Of a stretch of DNA of 64,000 bases, positions 38,604-51,606 are shown one piece after another. Position 1 is the first letter of the stretch, and each line of letters starts with the position of its first letter. Below the pieces are notes generated by a model, which was given only the letters and a program-made list of their open reading frames with translations, was not told where the DNA came from and made no database searches. The stretch is from Podarcis vaucheri (taxonomy: Eukaryota), in assembly GCA_965113315.1 (NCBI GenBank), contig OZ220367.1; one strand, given 5' to 3'. The translations under genes were made by a program, and so were the position numbers.

Positions 38604-39903
38604 GTAAAACAATAGTTATTTGTGGGGGGATCTCTTAATACAGTATTCTTTAAGCAGAGTATCCACAGTTACAAAAAGTATTTTTCTGGAGACTTTTGTA
38701 CAATTTGAGTCTACCACCTCAGGATAGATGAATGAGACCTGACCCCATGGACTGTGTAATTTATGTTGAGCATCAGAAGGAACCTCATGAGCTAGAAGCC
38801 TCAAACTGCTACAGGCGGTGGCCATTTTAGGCATGTTCAGTTGACATGTGATTGCCGACATATGAGTCCTTTTGGACCTGGAAGAGAACGGAACGAGGGG
38901 TGTGGCATGCTTATGCACACTCAACTAAAGCATGCAGAGGCCTGGAACGGAACCCCCACACGAAATGTTCCGTCTGTACTAGCATATTTTTAATCTGAAG
39001 GTCCCATCCTTCAGCTGAGCTATGTACAATATCAAAAAGCTTAGAGTTGAAACAGTACTGCACATTTGTTGTTTACAAAAGTGCAGTGGGTTAAGCCAAT
39101 GTTCACTTACTATCTATGAATCTCAAACCCACCTCTGGCTATAGTCTCTGAAATGTTTTTGTGTATTGGACAATGAAATATATACCTGTCAAAATAACGG
39201 TTTTATTTCTTTAAAGCATGATCAAGCTTTCTTAGATGCAGGAGGTTTTTCTCATATTTTAAACTAGTAAACTATATATGGGGCAATAGATCTTCACATG
39301 CACATGAATAGATGAGTGTTCTATATTTCATATTATATCACTGTTTTAAAAATATTGTATGGAAAACATGAATATGAAATAACTTCTAAGAAACAAAGGG
39401 GATTGCATTCTGAGAAGCATGTTTCAAAGTGGGCAGCACCCCATGTTGCGTGAGTGGACTTAAGCTCATGTAATTTGGCTTCAGCTACCTTACCCTTCCC
39501 TCCAAAACCCCTCCATCATCTCTGGACAATCCTGTTAATTCTCCAGAGCAGTTTGAGGGTGTGTGGAGGGTGGGGGCTACAGTCAATGTTGGATACAACC
39601 TAGTAGTTTATAATTTTGAGCTTATATTGTTAAATTTTAATTCTTAAAAACAAATCAGGCGTCAGCCAAGCATCAAACAGTAACCAATCAGTGTGATGGT
39701 TAAGAGGATGTAAACATAAGAAATCCTTAGTTCCTGTGTCATCTCAGCTGTGATCTTATTCTTTTTAGCTTCTTAAATGCAAAATGGGGATAATACTCTC
39801 CTGAAGTGTATTAAAAGCTTTGATGTCTTGAAATGTGTTATTGAAAGGTTTAAGATTGAGTATAGCTTCAAAAATACCTTTTCTGATTTCTTTTTTCTGT
39901 CAG

Positions 39904-40068
39904 GAACTACTTGCTATCATCTTCAGAGGATGGCACTATCAGACTGTGGAGCCTTTTAACCTTTTCTTGTCTAGTCGGATACAAAGGACACAACTACCCT
40001 ATATGGGATACACAGTTCTCTCCCTATGGATATTACTTTATATCTGGAGGTCATGACAGAGTGGCTCG
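39904..40068 (+). CDS. TAF5: TAF5 exon 8 (WD40)
   Basis: NYLLSSSEDGTIRLWSL...GHNYPIWDTQFSPYGYYFISGGHDRVA. Confidence 0.96.
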
Positions 40069-40966
40069 GTAAGAGTCAGCATGAGTTTCCCATCTCAGTG
40101 TAAATCTGCCATTCTGTCTTGTCAGTTGGTGGTATCTCCTTGTTGCTATCTGCTATATTTTAGGGCAAGGGTAGGGAACCTCTAACCCAAAGGCCAATCT
40201 TGGCCTGCAAGGTCCTTTCCCCCAAACAACACCCACTTGTATCTCAACAGATATCACTGGGTGATGTCAGCTGATGAAGGGAGGGGGGGCAGGGTTCAAT
40301 CCTGCAAGGATCAATTTTGCCACTGTGTTCCTTGTGGGGAACATGCTGGTGAAGTAGACTCCTTCAGTCAGCAGGACTGAACTCTCTGCTTTTCAGCTGG
40401 TGAATGGAGAGTTCAGTCCATATAGTTGTTGCTTTGCCAGTATGTTCCCAGCGGAATGGCACAGGTGAAGGAGACCCCTCCCCCTGCCTCAGATTAACTT
40501 TGATAGGTGAATCCACCTATCAGTCACCTGACATTAGATGATTGATAGGTGGGTGGCCCCACCCACCTGCCAAAGTTAACTTACTTTGTATATGGTATAC
40601 GACCCTTATATAAGACGACCCCTACTTTTTTAAACCCAAAGTTAAGACATCAGGTTTTCGGGAGGACAAAACGCAAAAAAAACACCCCATTGCAGGTCTG
40701 GCCTGCTGTGCCAAAAAGGTACCTTATCCCTGTTCTAGGATATATCCTCTGAGAAATTTGACTAAAAATAATACTAATTGCCATTTAGATTTTTTTATAC
40801 TAGAGGGAGAATTAAATTTGCCCCCTGCCCCCCCCCCGTCTCCCGATTCCTTAGCTTAGTTTGGAGGCACTTGTGAAGCACACATTCCCTTGCCATCAGG
40901 ACATCAGCAGTCTTGTTATGTATTTCCTGTTTCACATTTTTGAAATATCCTTTGTACTGGTTTAAG

Positions 40967-41144
40967 CTTATGGGCTACGGATCACTACCAGCCTTTGCGG
41001 ATCTTTGCTGGCCATCTTGCTGATGTCACATCGACGCGTTTTCACCCAAACTCCAACTACGTTGCTACAGGCTCCGCAGATAGGACTGTGCGGCTGTGGG
41101 ATGTCCTGAATGGGAATTGTGTCAGAATTTTCACAGGACATAAG
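40967..41144 (+). CDS. TAF5: TAF5 exon 9 (WD40)
   Basis: LWATDHYQPLRIFAGHLADV...HPNSNYVATGSADRTVRLWDVLNGNCVRIFTGHK; AAG acceptor. Confidence 0.95.
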
Positions 41145-41563
41145 GTAAATTAATGTGAGATTAACACTGAAATACATTAGTTGCACAAAAATGGTAACAG
41201 GAGATGGCTGAAACCTTTGCACACCGTACTAGAGATTAGTTAAAAACTGACCTGTTGCTCAAAGTTTCCTTTTGAATAGATACTGTTTCTCCATGAGACC
41301 ACAACCTATCTTTTAACTTCCCACTGGGAAATAAGAGGTCACCTCAGAAGAGGTGATGCAGAGCGCTCTGAAATGACATTATTTATTTGAAGGGTGCTTG
41401 CTAAGTAAAACAATGCATACTGTTGATAGTTGTGTTTTTGGATTTTATACATAGGATTTTCTGTAGCTTTGAATTGTTATCATTTCTAGTGTAATTTACC
41501 GTGAGGCTTCTTGTAGAAGGTGATGCATAAGTGTTGTTGTTAATAGGCTTATTTTTGTTCCAG

Positions 41564-41741
41564 GGACCAGTTCATTCATTGGCATTTTCTCCTAATGGAA
41601 GATTCTTGGCAACTGGGGCAACAGATGGAAGAGTGCTTTTGTGGGATATTGGGCATGGTTTGATGGTTGGAGAATTAAAAGGACACACAGACACAATCTA
41701 CACACTGAGATTCAGTAGAGATGGAGAGATCTTAGCATCAG
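41564..41741 (+). CDS. TAF5: TAF5 exon 10 (WD40)
   Basis: GPVHSLAFSPNGRFLATGATDGRVLLWDIGHG...FSRDGEILAS. Confidence 0.96.
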
Positions 41742-42892
41742 GTATTGAAGTCAATTTTGTTATGTTTAGTGGAACAGTACTATCATCTGGAATCATAGAC
41801 TTGTCTCTATTTTGACAGCCCAGTCTTCCATTTAGTGAGCAATTGTTTAAGCATATTCATTTAATACTTTAATTTGCTAGCATTGTCTGTTAACTAAGGA
41901 CAAGACGGTGCCACACCCAACTTTCCATGTATAGAAGCAGACATAACTGGCAAATGGTGAGGGGAGGTATCTTGTACTGCACCCGTGGGAAGCCAGATAG
42001 CTTGGTGGTTGCAGGAGAGGCCACATGGCGCACAACTTTGTCCATAAAATAAACACACTACTTCTACACTGCACCCTCCAGCATCCACCACCTGAGGCTA
42101 ATAGGCCAGCCCCGAACTTCCTTTTATGCAATTATACACCTATTTTTTTCCTTTTTTATTTTTTTAATATATATTTTTTTTCAGGATTTTCTTGTTTTAC
42201 AGAAGTGTCAATTATACACCTATTGAAGCAAAGCTACTATCTATGTACTTACCAAAGTGGACATGCTAAATTCGGCTTTGCAGAATACTTTAAATATTTT
42301 TCTCATCAGAATTTGGCTTTTTCTTTTTTTTTAACCTATTATGAACAAGGAGTGTGTCTTTTTGAAAAAGTAAATGGGTTTAGAAGTTTTACCTTCTTAT
42401 TCATGCTCCCCCAGTGTAATTTTATTAGCATCAGCCCCCAATCTATCCAGTGAAGCTATTTCAAACTATATAATGCAAATATAACTTAATTATAATTCCA
42501 TTTGCTTTTTACTATTACAAGGGTTTCAGCTTGTAGCTTTTCAACTATAAATTGTGCGAGTGGGACCTGCATTTTCTGTCCTATTACCAGAATTTTAGAA
42601 ACATTGGGTCATATTCTACAGAATCCATGCATGAGTGAAATGGGTTCCGACTCATGCATTAGGACTTCCTCTCCTCCCTGCAAGCAAGTTGAAGGATCTT
42701 TGAAAAGGCTTTATCTTTGAAAGGCTATTAACTACTACAGAGTACTTAGCAGTGAATATAAGAAGTGATTAGTAGTTTGTAGATCCTCAGCTTGACAAAT
42801 GGGTTGTGGTGTATAGCGGATGTTTTTTCTTTATATTCAGAATTAAATGTTATGTCCTGTTAAATTAGAAGAGTTATTTTCATTTTTCCTAG

Positions 42893-43110
42893 GTTCAATG
42901 GATAACACGGTAAAGCTGTGGGATGCTGTGAAAGCCTTTGAGGACTTAGAAACAGATGATTTTACCACAGCCACTGGACATATAAACCTGCCTGAAAGCT
43001 CTCAAGACTTGCTGTTGGGTACATACATGTCCAAATCGACCCCTGTCACACATCTTCATTTTACCCGCAGAAATTTGCTTCTTGCTGCTGGGGCATACAG
43101 TCCCCAGTGA
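42893..43110 (+). CDS. TAF5: TAF5 exon 11 (last coding exon)
   Basis: (G)SMDNTVKLWDAVKAFEDLE...LHFTRRNLLLAAGAYSPQ*. Confidence 0.96.
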
Positions 43111-44044
43111 ACTACCAAACTACAAGACTTGATTGTACAAGTCTCATGTATATCTTAGAATAACTTGAATTAATGAAGACCACAATGTACATATTATACA
43201 AATGAACTGAACTTGTCTGCCAGAACAAATGGTGCAAACTGATGATGATTCAAGCAAGCCACACCTTCAGAAACTGCTATTTTAAACCCCACCCCAACCC
43301 CAGTGTTAGTGCTGAGACAACTGACATCATAAAAATAGGGGAAGAAACATATAATGTGGTATGGCTTTTTAAAAGAAGTAAACAGTATGTGGGAATACCT
43401 TGCTTAAGCTTGTCCACAAAATGACAACAGGCACTACAAAACTAGTGCCAGTTGCATAAAGCAAAGTTGTTTGAACAACAATTTAAAAGCACTTAGTTTG
43501 GCATTAACACAGGTTTAATCAGTACCCAAAATTTTCTTTCGGAGTAAGGCTTGTTCATATAAGTTCTTCAAGTGTGGAATTTGTCTCTATGGAGCTGTTA
43601 CTTCTTTATAAAGCTGTGAAGAGGCCTAAATAGTTATCTGATTTATGTGAGTAATCTAGTTTCTTCAAAGCTGAAAAGCACAAATTGAACAAGATTGAAC
43701 ATTTCTAAAACTTAAATTACCAGTAAGCGGCATTTTAGGAAACGCAAACAATACTTGAAACCTTTAAAACTGAATTTTCGCGTTCCTAACTATTTTGGAT
43801 ACAAAAAGTATACCAACCTACTCCCACAAGAATCTTGATTCACCCCCCTTAAGTATGTGCCGGGGGGGGGAATACTTTTTGAGCCCTTTCTATAATGACA
43901 AAGCATAAATGTCATTTATGCTTTCTGTGAAAAATTGTGCCACAGCTATACACAATTTGTTGAAAACTAGTATGGATCCATTAGTTTAAAAACATACTGC
44001 CATGGTTTTGCATTATGTACAGTTTTATACTTTTGATATTTTAT

Positions 44045-44050
44045 AATAAA
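44045..44050 (+). terminator. TAF5 polyadenylation signal
   Basis: AATAAA with upstream TGTA and downstream TTTTGTG..TGTCTTT. Confidence 0.65.
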
Positions 44051-44873
44051 ATCTATTTTGTGCCTGTCTTTCAGTTTCATTTGCTCACTAGGGCCTTGTT
44101 TTTACCTGTCTGAACCTATATTATATAGTTCCAGCAAAAGCAGCCCTTGTACTACAAGCTTTTATCTTCAAAGACAAAGCAAATGAGAGAATCATGATTT
44201 TAAATAAAAAAATGTGAGGCTGCTAAATACTTCTTGTGGAAGATTTCCACTTACATAATTCCAGAAATGGTGTAATGCTTTGTCAAGTTTACAACTGGAT
44301 TTTTAAAAGGGTTGTATGTATAGAAATCAGTGTTTCAGGGAAGCCAGTTAGTCACATCTTTAAAATGGGGGTGGGGAACCACAGGCCTGAAAGCCAAATG
44401 CAGTCATCTGAGCCTCTCTGCTTGGCCTTTGCAAGTCTTCTCAGGCCACAAGCCTACCCCAGCCATATTCTAGTGGCTGTGCTTTGTACTCTTGAACAAT
44501 GCCTCTCTTGATTCCCTGGATGGAGGCTAGAGGGATGTGTGCAGAAATTAGGAAACTGTACAAAAGTAAAAATTGCATTCTTTGACCCTGCTCACTACTT
44601 GCCTCTAGGTGACTGATCAGAACATTTGTCCATCAGAAGGGGCCTGCAGGTCACCGGAAGTACATCATCTGGGATGAAATGTATATGCAGCATCATAAAG
44701 GATGTTTCCCAAGAGGCAAACTGCAGAAAGTGGTGGAATTTAGGCCTGGTTTGAGTCTCAACACTAAATTATGTTTTTGCATTACATAAATAAGCAAGCC
44801 ACTTCCCGCAGGACTGCAAGATTAGAAGCTTCCCTTTCTACTTTCAATTTAATTACAGGTACTGTTACATTTG

Positions 44874-45223
44874 GGGACGCAGGTGGCGCTGTGGGTTAAA
44901 TCACAGAGCCTAGGACTTGCTGGTCAGAAGGCCGGCAGTTCAAATCCCCGTGACGGGGTGAGCTCCCGTTGCTCGGTCCCTGCTCCTGCCAACCTAGCAG
45001 TTCGAAAGCACTCAAAGTGCAAGTAGATAAATAGGTACCGCTCCGGCGGGAAGGTAAACGGCATTTCCGTGTGCTGCTCTGGTTCGCCAGAAGCGGCTTA
45101 GTCATGCTGGCCACATGACCCGGAAGCTGTACGCCGGCTCCCTCGGCCAATAAAGCGAGATGAGTGCCGCAACCCCAGAGTAGGCCACGACTGGACCTAA
45201 TGGTCAGGGGTCCCTTTACACTT
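44874..45223 (+). mobile_element. Full-length Sauria SINE
   Basis: tRNA-like head, ccttta tail, 14-bp TSD tactgttacatttg (44860-44873, 45224-45237). Confidence 0.92.
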
Positions 45224-45884
45224 TACTGTTACATTTGAAGCCTAAACAGTAGTTAATCTTTGCTATGGATTGGTGAATGACCAGTTCATAAACCATAGTT
45301 AAGACTGCCCATTTTGTCTCCATTTGGACATAATAAACCACAATTGGTTAAAAGCAAGTGAAAGCTTTGTTATCCCACAATGGATGCAACCCACGATCCC
45401 TATTACCTATCTGCATTTCACTTTGGGTTGAATTAAGGCTGTGCAGAGTGGTGCAGACACATATTTGCTCAGAAATAAGATCAGTCAAGGAGTCTTAACA
45501 CCTATCATTCAGCATTATCCTCAATGTAAAAGCAGCCCTGCCAGATCATTGAATTCCATATGTTGACAAATGCCTGCAGATTAAACAGGTTATATTAATA
45601 TTTAGTATTAGTGCCATACTCTGCTCAGCACCATCCACATGTTTAAGACACAGGAAATAGGATCATGTTTGGAACACAAATGGTTATAATGAAAGCCATA
45701 ATCCACTTTTGAAACAGAATGCAGTGTAACATTTATCCCAGAGATACAGTAATGCCTAAGGATGTATCCATCATTTCTCAGCACAGATTGAAAGGGCTCC
45801 TTAACTGAATTGTACGCACTAGAACTCTGCACGCTGTTTATATGTAGGACCGTCACTTCTGTAGTGGCAATGTGTACAGATGAC

Positions 45885-45969
45885 AAACTTCATCACTGTT
45901 CATGATTTATTGAAGTGTACATCAACTTCTAGTTATATTATGTGCATAGTCCAGTGTCAACATGTCAAC
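45885..45969 (-). other. ATP5MK: ATP5MK non-coding last exon with polyA signal
   Basis: TTTTTTTGACAG acceptor; AATAAA at 45906-45911; 3' end approximate. Confidence 0.7.
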
Positions 45970-46846
45970 CTGTCAAAAAAATAAACATCATTCAGTTACT
46001 ACATCTTGCACAACTTCTATTTATTAGCACACAGTGGCAGTATTTTGCCCAAACCAGGAAAATTCATATACTGGCTTGTTCTGAAGCCATTAACCAGTTT
46101 CCTGGCTCATACAAAATGGGAAATTACAGTTAACAGAAGACTTCCTGGTTGGTTTGCTGGCTCACACATTTAAGGCTTATTAAGCAGATATATGATCATA
46201 CAAATGGGGATACACTGCTGACATGAAATAACATGCTATTTAGTTGGGCAGAACTTAAAGGTATGCTCACAACTGGATGTCAAGAGGATATGGAAGCAAC
46301 CACTTCCCCTTATTTCTGCATTTAGATACTCTTGTCATGCCACCCAGTGAAGAACTGAGTGACATAAAATAGGATAAAAATGCACATGCTGAGCAATTGC
46401 TGCTATCTGAGCTATCAACTTTTCCTTAGCCAACTCTATTAAGACATCTATTAAAGTTAAACTCATGGCAAACATCCCAGGTTTCAAAAACAAGCAAATT
46501 AACCTTGCATATCCTGTATCAAAATTCTGGTACTATGCATCTGCTCCTGGTGTACACAAATTCAAGATCACTACACTTTGTTATGCCATTTAAGAAAGCC
46601 CTTCTATGTTCAAGTTGAGATTAGAGAGACAGCAACATATGATAACAACATTCCTGGTAAGAAATAACTTCATTCATGTTATAATCTGCTTAAAGGCCTA
46701 TGAAATGATTTACTCGTAACAATACAAGTGCTTAAGATCCTAAACTTGCATTTGACATTTCATGTACAGATACAGAGATTTACCTGGATTTCTGGAGGTT
46801 TTAAACCCTACTGGTATCAGTAAAATATGGCAGACACTTACCCATC

Positions 46847-46939
46847 TTATTTCTGTGTCACGGCTGGAGTTTGCTTCTTAGGCCTCAGTTTAAAATACAG
46901 GATGATACTTGCAATCGTTGCATATGTAGCTATAACATA
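46847..46939 (-). CDS. ATP5MK: ATP5MK second coding exon (TM helix, stop)
   Basis: YVIATYATIASIILYFKLRPKKQTPAVTQK*; GTAAGT donor 5 nt after the stop. Confidence 0.95.
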   Translation of the reverse strand, partial: YVIATYATIASIILYFKLRPKKQTPAVTQK

Positions 46940-47409
46940 CTAAAGACAGAAAAGGATATTATTCCTCAGATCAAACACATTTCAAAGGGTTGTTTTTCTG
47001 TTATTTAAGTGCAGGAAAGAGAGAAATGGATTATTAAAAGTGCCTGAGTTTATTAAAGCCCAAATTTGACAGGAAGGCAGGGCTGTCCACCTGTCAAATC
47101 ACCTAATGTAATAATGTTGTCAGGTGACACCACCTTGGGTGCTAAGACATCACCTTCTGAAGTGTGTTCCAAGGAGATTTCATTTAAACTTCTTAGAAAC
47201 GCATTTCAAGGTGAAGGCCACACCACAGGATACCAGAGGCAGGGCAAGTGGTTTGTGGAATAGAACCTTGCAAACCAAATTAGGATCCCTGCCAAGCCTA
47301 ATTCGGTCTGTGTGCCAGAGGTTCCCACCCCACACATTCCCAAATCAATTCAGGAACTTTTGAGAATCAACTTATTTGTTTCTTAGCAGATATTTAACTG
47401 GACACTTAC

Positions 47410-47496
47410 ATTTCTTCTGCCTGTTATGGTGTAGGTATTGAAGTATTTATGAAACCCTGTGAATTGGTGTTGTGACCCAGCATCGTGTCCTGCCAT
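47410..47496 (-). CDS. ATP5MK: ATP synthase membrane subunit K (DAPIT/USMG5), first coding exon
   Basis: MAGHDAGSQHQFTGFHKYFNTYTITGRRN; exon starts 47507 after TAG; GTAAGT donor; expected syntenic position. Confidence 0.95.
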
Positions 47497-48195
47497 CACT
47501 ATTAGTCCTAGATTTTAAAAAAGGAAGTTAGTATTGAATCTTTAAAAAAAATCTACAGTATCTTCCAGCCAAACTTCATTCCAATTATTTACATTTGAGC
47601 ATGAAAGCATTAGCTACTAAAACTACATAGGAGGATCTACTCAAAGCTGTTATTCTGAATTGCTTGCTACATCTAATATCAATATATTTTACAGTGCTGA
47701 CCTTCAAACAATAATGGTTACTTCTGAAGTTAAGAGCGATGCTTCAAGAAACATAATATGGGCTTGTAAATAACGAATTATTTAGCCACCTGAGCCTCCA
47801 CAGAGCAGGTTACGGATTTGCCACTATTCACATGCATGGGTAATAATAATAACAGATAACCTAATAAGAGTTGCATGTTCTATTTGTAAGAATTATGTAA
47901 TCCATAGTTTTAATTGACATTAGAATACTTCATGCAATAAATTTATCTCATCGTTCCAGACTACAACTCCTGTACCACCTATACTTGGTCAAGTCAATGA
48001 CCAACAAGACCAACAACTGTAGTTTCCAACCCCAAGAAGTCAGGCCATCGATGTCATAGCTAAAGGCATAGCACTTTCAAACAGACTGTTCTGTTGTTCA
48101 GCAAGAAGTGGAAGGGAATAGGCACCAACCACTGAAACATTCAAATCAATTCACTGAAGAATACTAGTTAGATCTAGTATAGGAGACCAACTTAC

Positions 48196-48263
48196 CAAAT
48201 GTTTCTCAACTGCGATTAACACAGGTATCTCCTCAACAGGTGGATTGATTTTACACTGCAAAT
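48196..48263 (-). other. ATP5MK: ATP5MK 5'-UTR internal exon (68 bp)
   Basis: Strong TCTCTTTCCTTTTTTTCCAG acceptor and TTG|GTAAGT donor. Confidence 0.6.
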
Positions 48264-48889
48264 CTGGAAAAAAAGGAAAGAGACGGCTCATCCTCTTGCA
48301 GATACAGGGACACTACGGAGTCATAAGCAAAGCCAACCGGAGTCTGGTGCTATGCATAACACCAGAACTTCAGAAAAGGAAACCACTCTGTTTTGCATAT
48401 TCCCATTGGGATATTTCACTAACCAGAAAGTTATTTTATGCATCATCGTTTACTAGTGAAATAATAGCCTTTAAACAGTTCAAACTGCTTAGTATTTTTC
48501 AATCAACATAATAGAAGCTCCTTTAGACCTCGGCTAGCTATTACCAACCATTGAACCAACTTTAGTTATTTCATATGAACAGCAACCTGCGTATAAAGAG
48601 TATTAAACGCTAAATTACTCTATATACCAACCAATGACATTCATAACGAGTTTTGAAGACAACACACAGAATAGAAAATGACAGCCTGGATCCCTCCGCC
48701 CGGTCGGAAACAGCAGCACAAAAATGCTGACCCTTTGGACCTATGCAGTAGCTATTGGATTACTAAACTGAATTTCAATTGCCATAGAAATCCTTGAAGG
48801 TTACTCCTACCAGGGTCTATGTGTGTGTCACAAGACACTAACAGGGCCTGTACCCTTTTTACAGATGCTACTCAAACTCCCCAACAAAA

Positions 48890-49560
48890 TTAACCTTCTG
48901 CCGAGTAAGTCAGCGCCCGCCGCAGTTATTACCCAGTAGCTTTCTCCTCCCGATAAGAACCATTCAATGCCCTTCGCGTGCAAGATTACCCAGTAGCTTT
49001 CTCCTCCCGATAAGAACCATTCAATGCCCTTCGCGTGCAAGATGGCGCCGCTCAAACAGCCGTCCTTTCCGCTTGCCCCTGATTGGCTGAGGCGCGCTGC
49101 CCTGGCGAGTAAGGCGGCACCACCTCAGAAAGGTATGATGTGATTGGACAATTTGCGCGTTTGTCAAAGTTACCGGATTCCTTTCGCTCTGTGACGACTA
49201 ATAAACCGTCCCGCGAGTTCTACCACGGCCCGGTTTCCGTAAGGCCCACTTCCGGATGCCCTTTGCTGGACTTCGAATTCGTTTCCGGGTTACGGAGCAG
49301 ATGGCGACTCTCACGCCCCAGGCGTGCCAGTGAGTTGAAGAAGCGTGGGGGAAAGGTTCATAAGCTGAGCTCTCTGGAAAAGAGGGATAATGACGGAAAG
49401 GAGGGTGGCCTAAGGAGAGGGGGCCGAGTCCGAGTGAGCTGGGGATTGAGAAATACGGCAAGGTGGGTTGCACGTGTAGAACTAGCGTGGCTGTGTGAGT
49501 GCCTTGCGGGTTCGCGGCCGGAGTGCTTGCTGTGAAGCGCCTCCGCTCTTCTGATTGCAG
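48890..49560. promoter_or_regulatory. Bidirectional CpG-island promoter for ATP5MK/PDCD11
   Basis: CpG-rich; ETS CACTTCCGG about 49247-49255; two ATTGG boxes (about 49082, 49143); YY1 CAAGATGGCG 49038-49047; candidate first-exon donors at 49174 (minus) and about 49433 or 49462 (plus). Confidence 0.8.
48928..49043. repeat. Perfect 57-bp tandem duplication (2 copies)
   Basis: attacccagtagc...cgcgtgcaag at 48928-48984 and 48985-49041. Confidence 0.95.
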
Positions 49561-49958
49561 GATCTCTCACAGAAGACATGGAAGGGGGGGCTGTGTGGCT
49601 TGATTTAACCCATTTGTTTTTGCTATTTTTTGAATATTGAAAGCTGCTTTATGGACATAAAGACAGAGTGAAAATAGTGCTCTTATCTGCCCCAGCTTCC
49701 ACTTTGTGCCTTCTGAGCTATATAAAAATGTTTATATTTTAAAACTAGCAAAAGATTGCTAGATTTTTCTGAGTGTATGTGGGGTAAATGATTAAAATCC
49801 TGGTATGGTTATGAAGCAAAGTCATTTAGAATAGTGCATATTGTTTGTGAAATGCTCTCTTTTTAGTTTGTCATATTTTAAAATACAAAGGTTTTGGGTC
49901 TCTAATAGCTGCACAACGGCCAGAAATCAACAGGTGAGTTATTTTCTTGGCTGAGTGA

Positions 49959-50108
49959 TAGAATCATAGACTTGGAAGAGGACCCAATCATAGAGTTGGA
50001 AGGGACCCTGAGGATCATCTAGTCCAACTCGCGGGATGCACCCATGCAGGGATCAAACCTGTGACCTTGGTGTTATTGGCACCATGCGCTAACCAACTGA
50101 GCTAATGG
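49959..50108 (-). mobile_element. SINE with tRNA-Ile-derived head and CR1 tail
   Basis: TTAGCTCAGTTGGTTAG..AATAACACCAAGGTC..GATCCC head joined to GGGTCCCTTCCAACTCTATGATT tail. Confidence 0.75.
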
Positions 50109-50502
50109 TAGAAAAACTATTTATTGATCTCCACTTATGTAGGCATTGAATACTTAGGATCTTGGTTCATGAAATAACTCTTTGTTACTTAAGAACAAAG
50201 GAAGGACTAGCTTATTTTCGCATCTCTACCAGTAAACATTCGGTTTGAGTAGGTGTGGTACAGTGTTTGCACATCATAGATTAACAATATTTATGAGCTC
50301 TTGGTGTCCTGATACTCTCATGAGTGTTGTCTTGTTTTAGAGAATGAATCATCTTCAAAAGCACAACAATTATTTTATTCCTGTTATTTTAAAGTCTGTC
50401 CTCATTCTTTGCATATAAGAAAATGTTTGTGTTGGTTTTGCCCTTTTGAACACGATTTGTATATGCAAATAACTTCGTTGCTTCCATTGCAGAAAGATAA
50501 CC

Positions 50503-50607
50503 ATGTCATCTGTAGAAGAGAATTTCCCTCGAGGTGGCCCACAAAGGAAAAGTCAAGAAGAAAAAGCGGCCAGACAGTCAACAGTAGAGCAGGATAATTT
50601 ATTCAAA
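50503..50607 (+). CDS. PDCD11: Protein RRP5 homolog, first coding exon
   Basis: MSSVEENFPRGG...VEQDNLFK; ACCATG Kozak; exon starts 50493. Confidence 0.94.
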
Positions 50608-51474
50608 GTATGCAAATTGTGAACATATTAAGTTGCCTTCTACTAAGTCAGATCATAGGTTCATCTTGTCGCTTATTATTGCCTATTTTGCTTGGTAGCA
50701 GTTCTCTAACTGCTTACAGAGGTGTTTTGCAAACCCTGTTACCTGTAGCAATTTTAACTGGAGTTGCCAAGGATTCAGCCCAGATTCTTCAGCATTCAGT
50801 GCATATGCTTTATCACTGTGCTATAGCCCCAGATTGACGCACTGACATTGTTCTTAAGAATAACACAATAAGTGGTTCTGGGAACTCTTTAGGATAGAAT
50901 AGAAATGCCTGTGCTGTATAAACAAGTTTCCTGCCGATTAAACTGTAGCTTCTGATTTTGGCTCATTTCAATAAGCCAGAGTTTGGCCTGGTTTGGGCAT
51001 AAGAACAAATTGTGGTTAGTTTAGTTTAAACTCGGAAGTGAATGCTTCAAATGTCTTCCTTTGATGCGTGCCAGAGGAAGAGAGAGGAGGTGGAGCACTT
51101 CAGCCTCAATTTTGAGCTCACTTGCTTCCATAACACTAAACTGGGTTAGTGCAGCAACTTGTAGATCTCAAGATGTTGTTGGTCTCCAACTCCCACCAGC
51201 CCTAGCTATCACAGCCATTGGTTAGAAATGATGGAAGTTGTAATCCAGCAATATCTGGATGGTCACAGCATCTCCATTCTTGTTTAACTTTAGATCTGTA
51301 CTGCTCCTTTGAGTTTCAGACCAGACCTTCCTTAAGATTAAATTCTCTTAAACATGCTTTCCTGCAGGTTACGTTCATGGGTCCCTTTGCAGCTCTAAAA
51401 CTAAACTATTGTTTTAGGGAAGCAACTGTCTTTTCAAAATCTTGAAATGTCTTTCTTTTTTTTAACTGTCTTAG

Positions 51475-51606
51475 ACGCAACATGAAGAAGTGGCCAAAAA
51501 AAGAAAGAAAAGCCATCAAGATGAAACAGAGCCAAAAAAACTCAAGATTGAGAAGAAAGCCGTTGTAAAAATCGGTGTTAAACATTTTGAATTTCTAACA
51601 GTTGAG
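51475..51606 (+). CDS. PDCD11: PDCD11 coding exon 2
   Basis: TQHEEVAKKRKK...FEFLTVE; phase 0/0. Confidence 0.9.

Noticed and set aside
43242-43315. ATGATGA...CTGA box C/D-like pair
   Set aside because: Lies in the TAF5 3' UTR with no terminal stem; likely chance
48928-49043. Direct repeat as a CRISPR-like array
   Set aside because: Two abutting copies with no spacer, in a eukaryotic genome
50040-50108. tRNA-Ile-like sequence
   Set aside because: Degenerate stems and fused to a CR1 tail, so a SINE head rather than a tRNA gene
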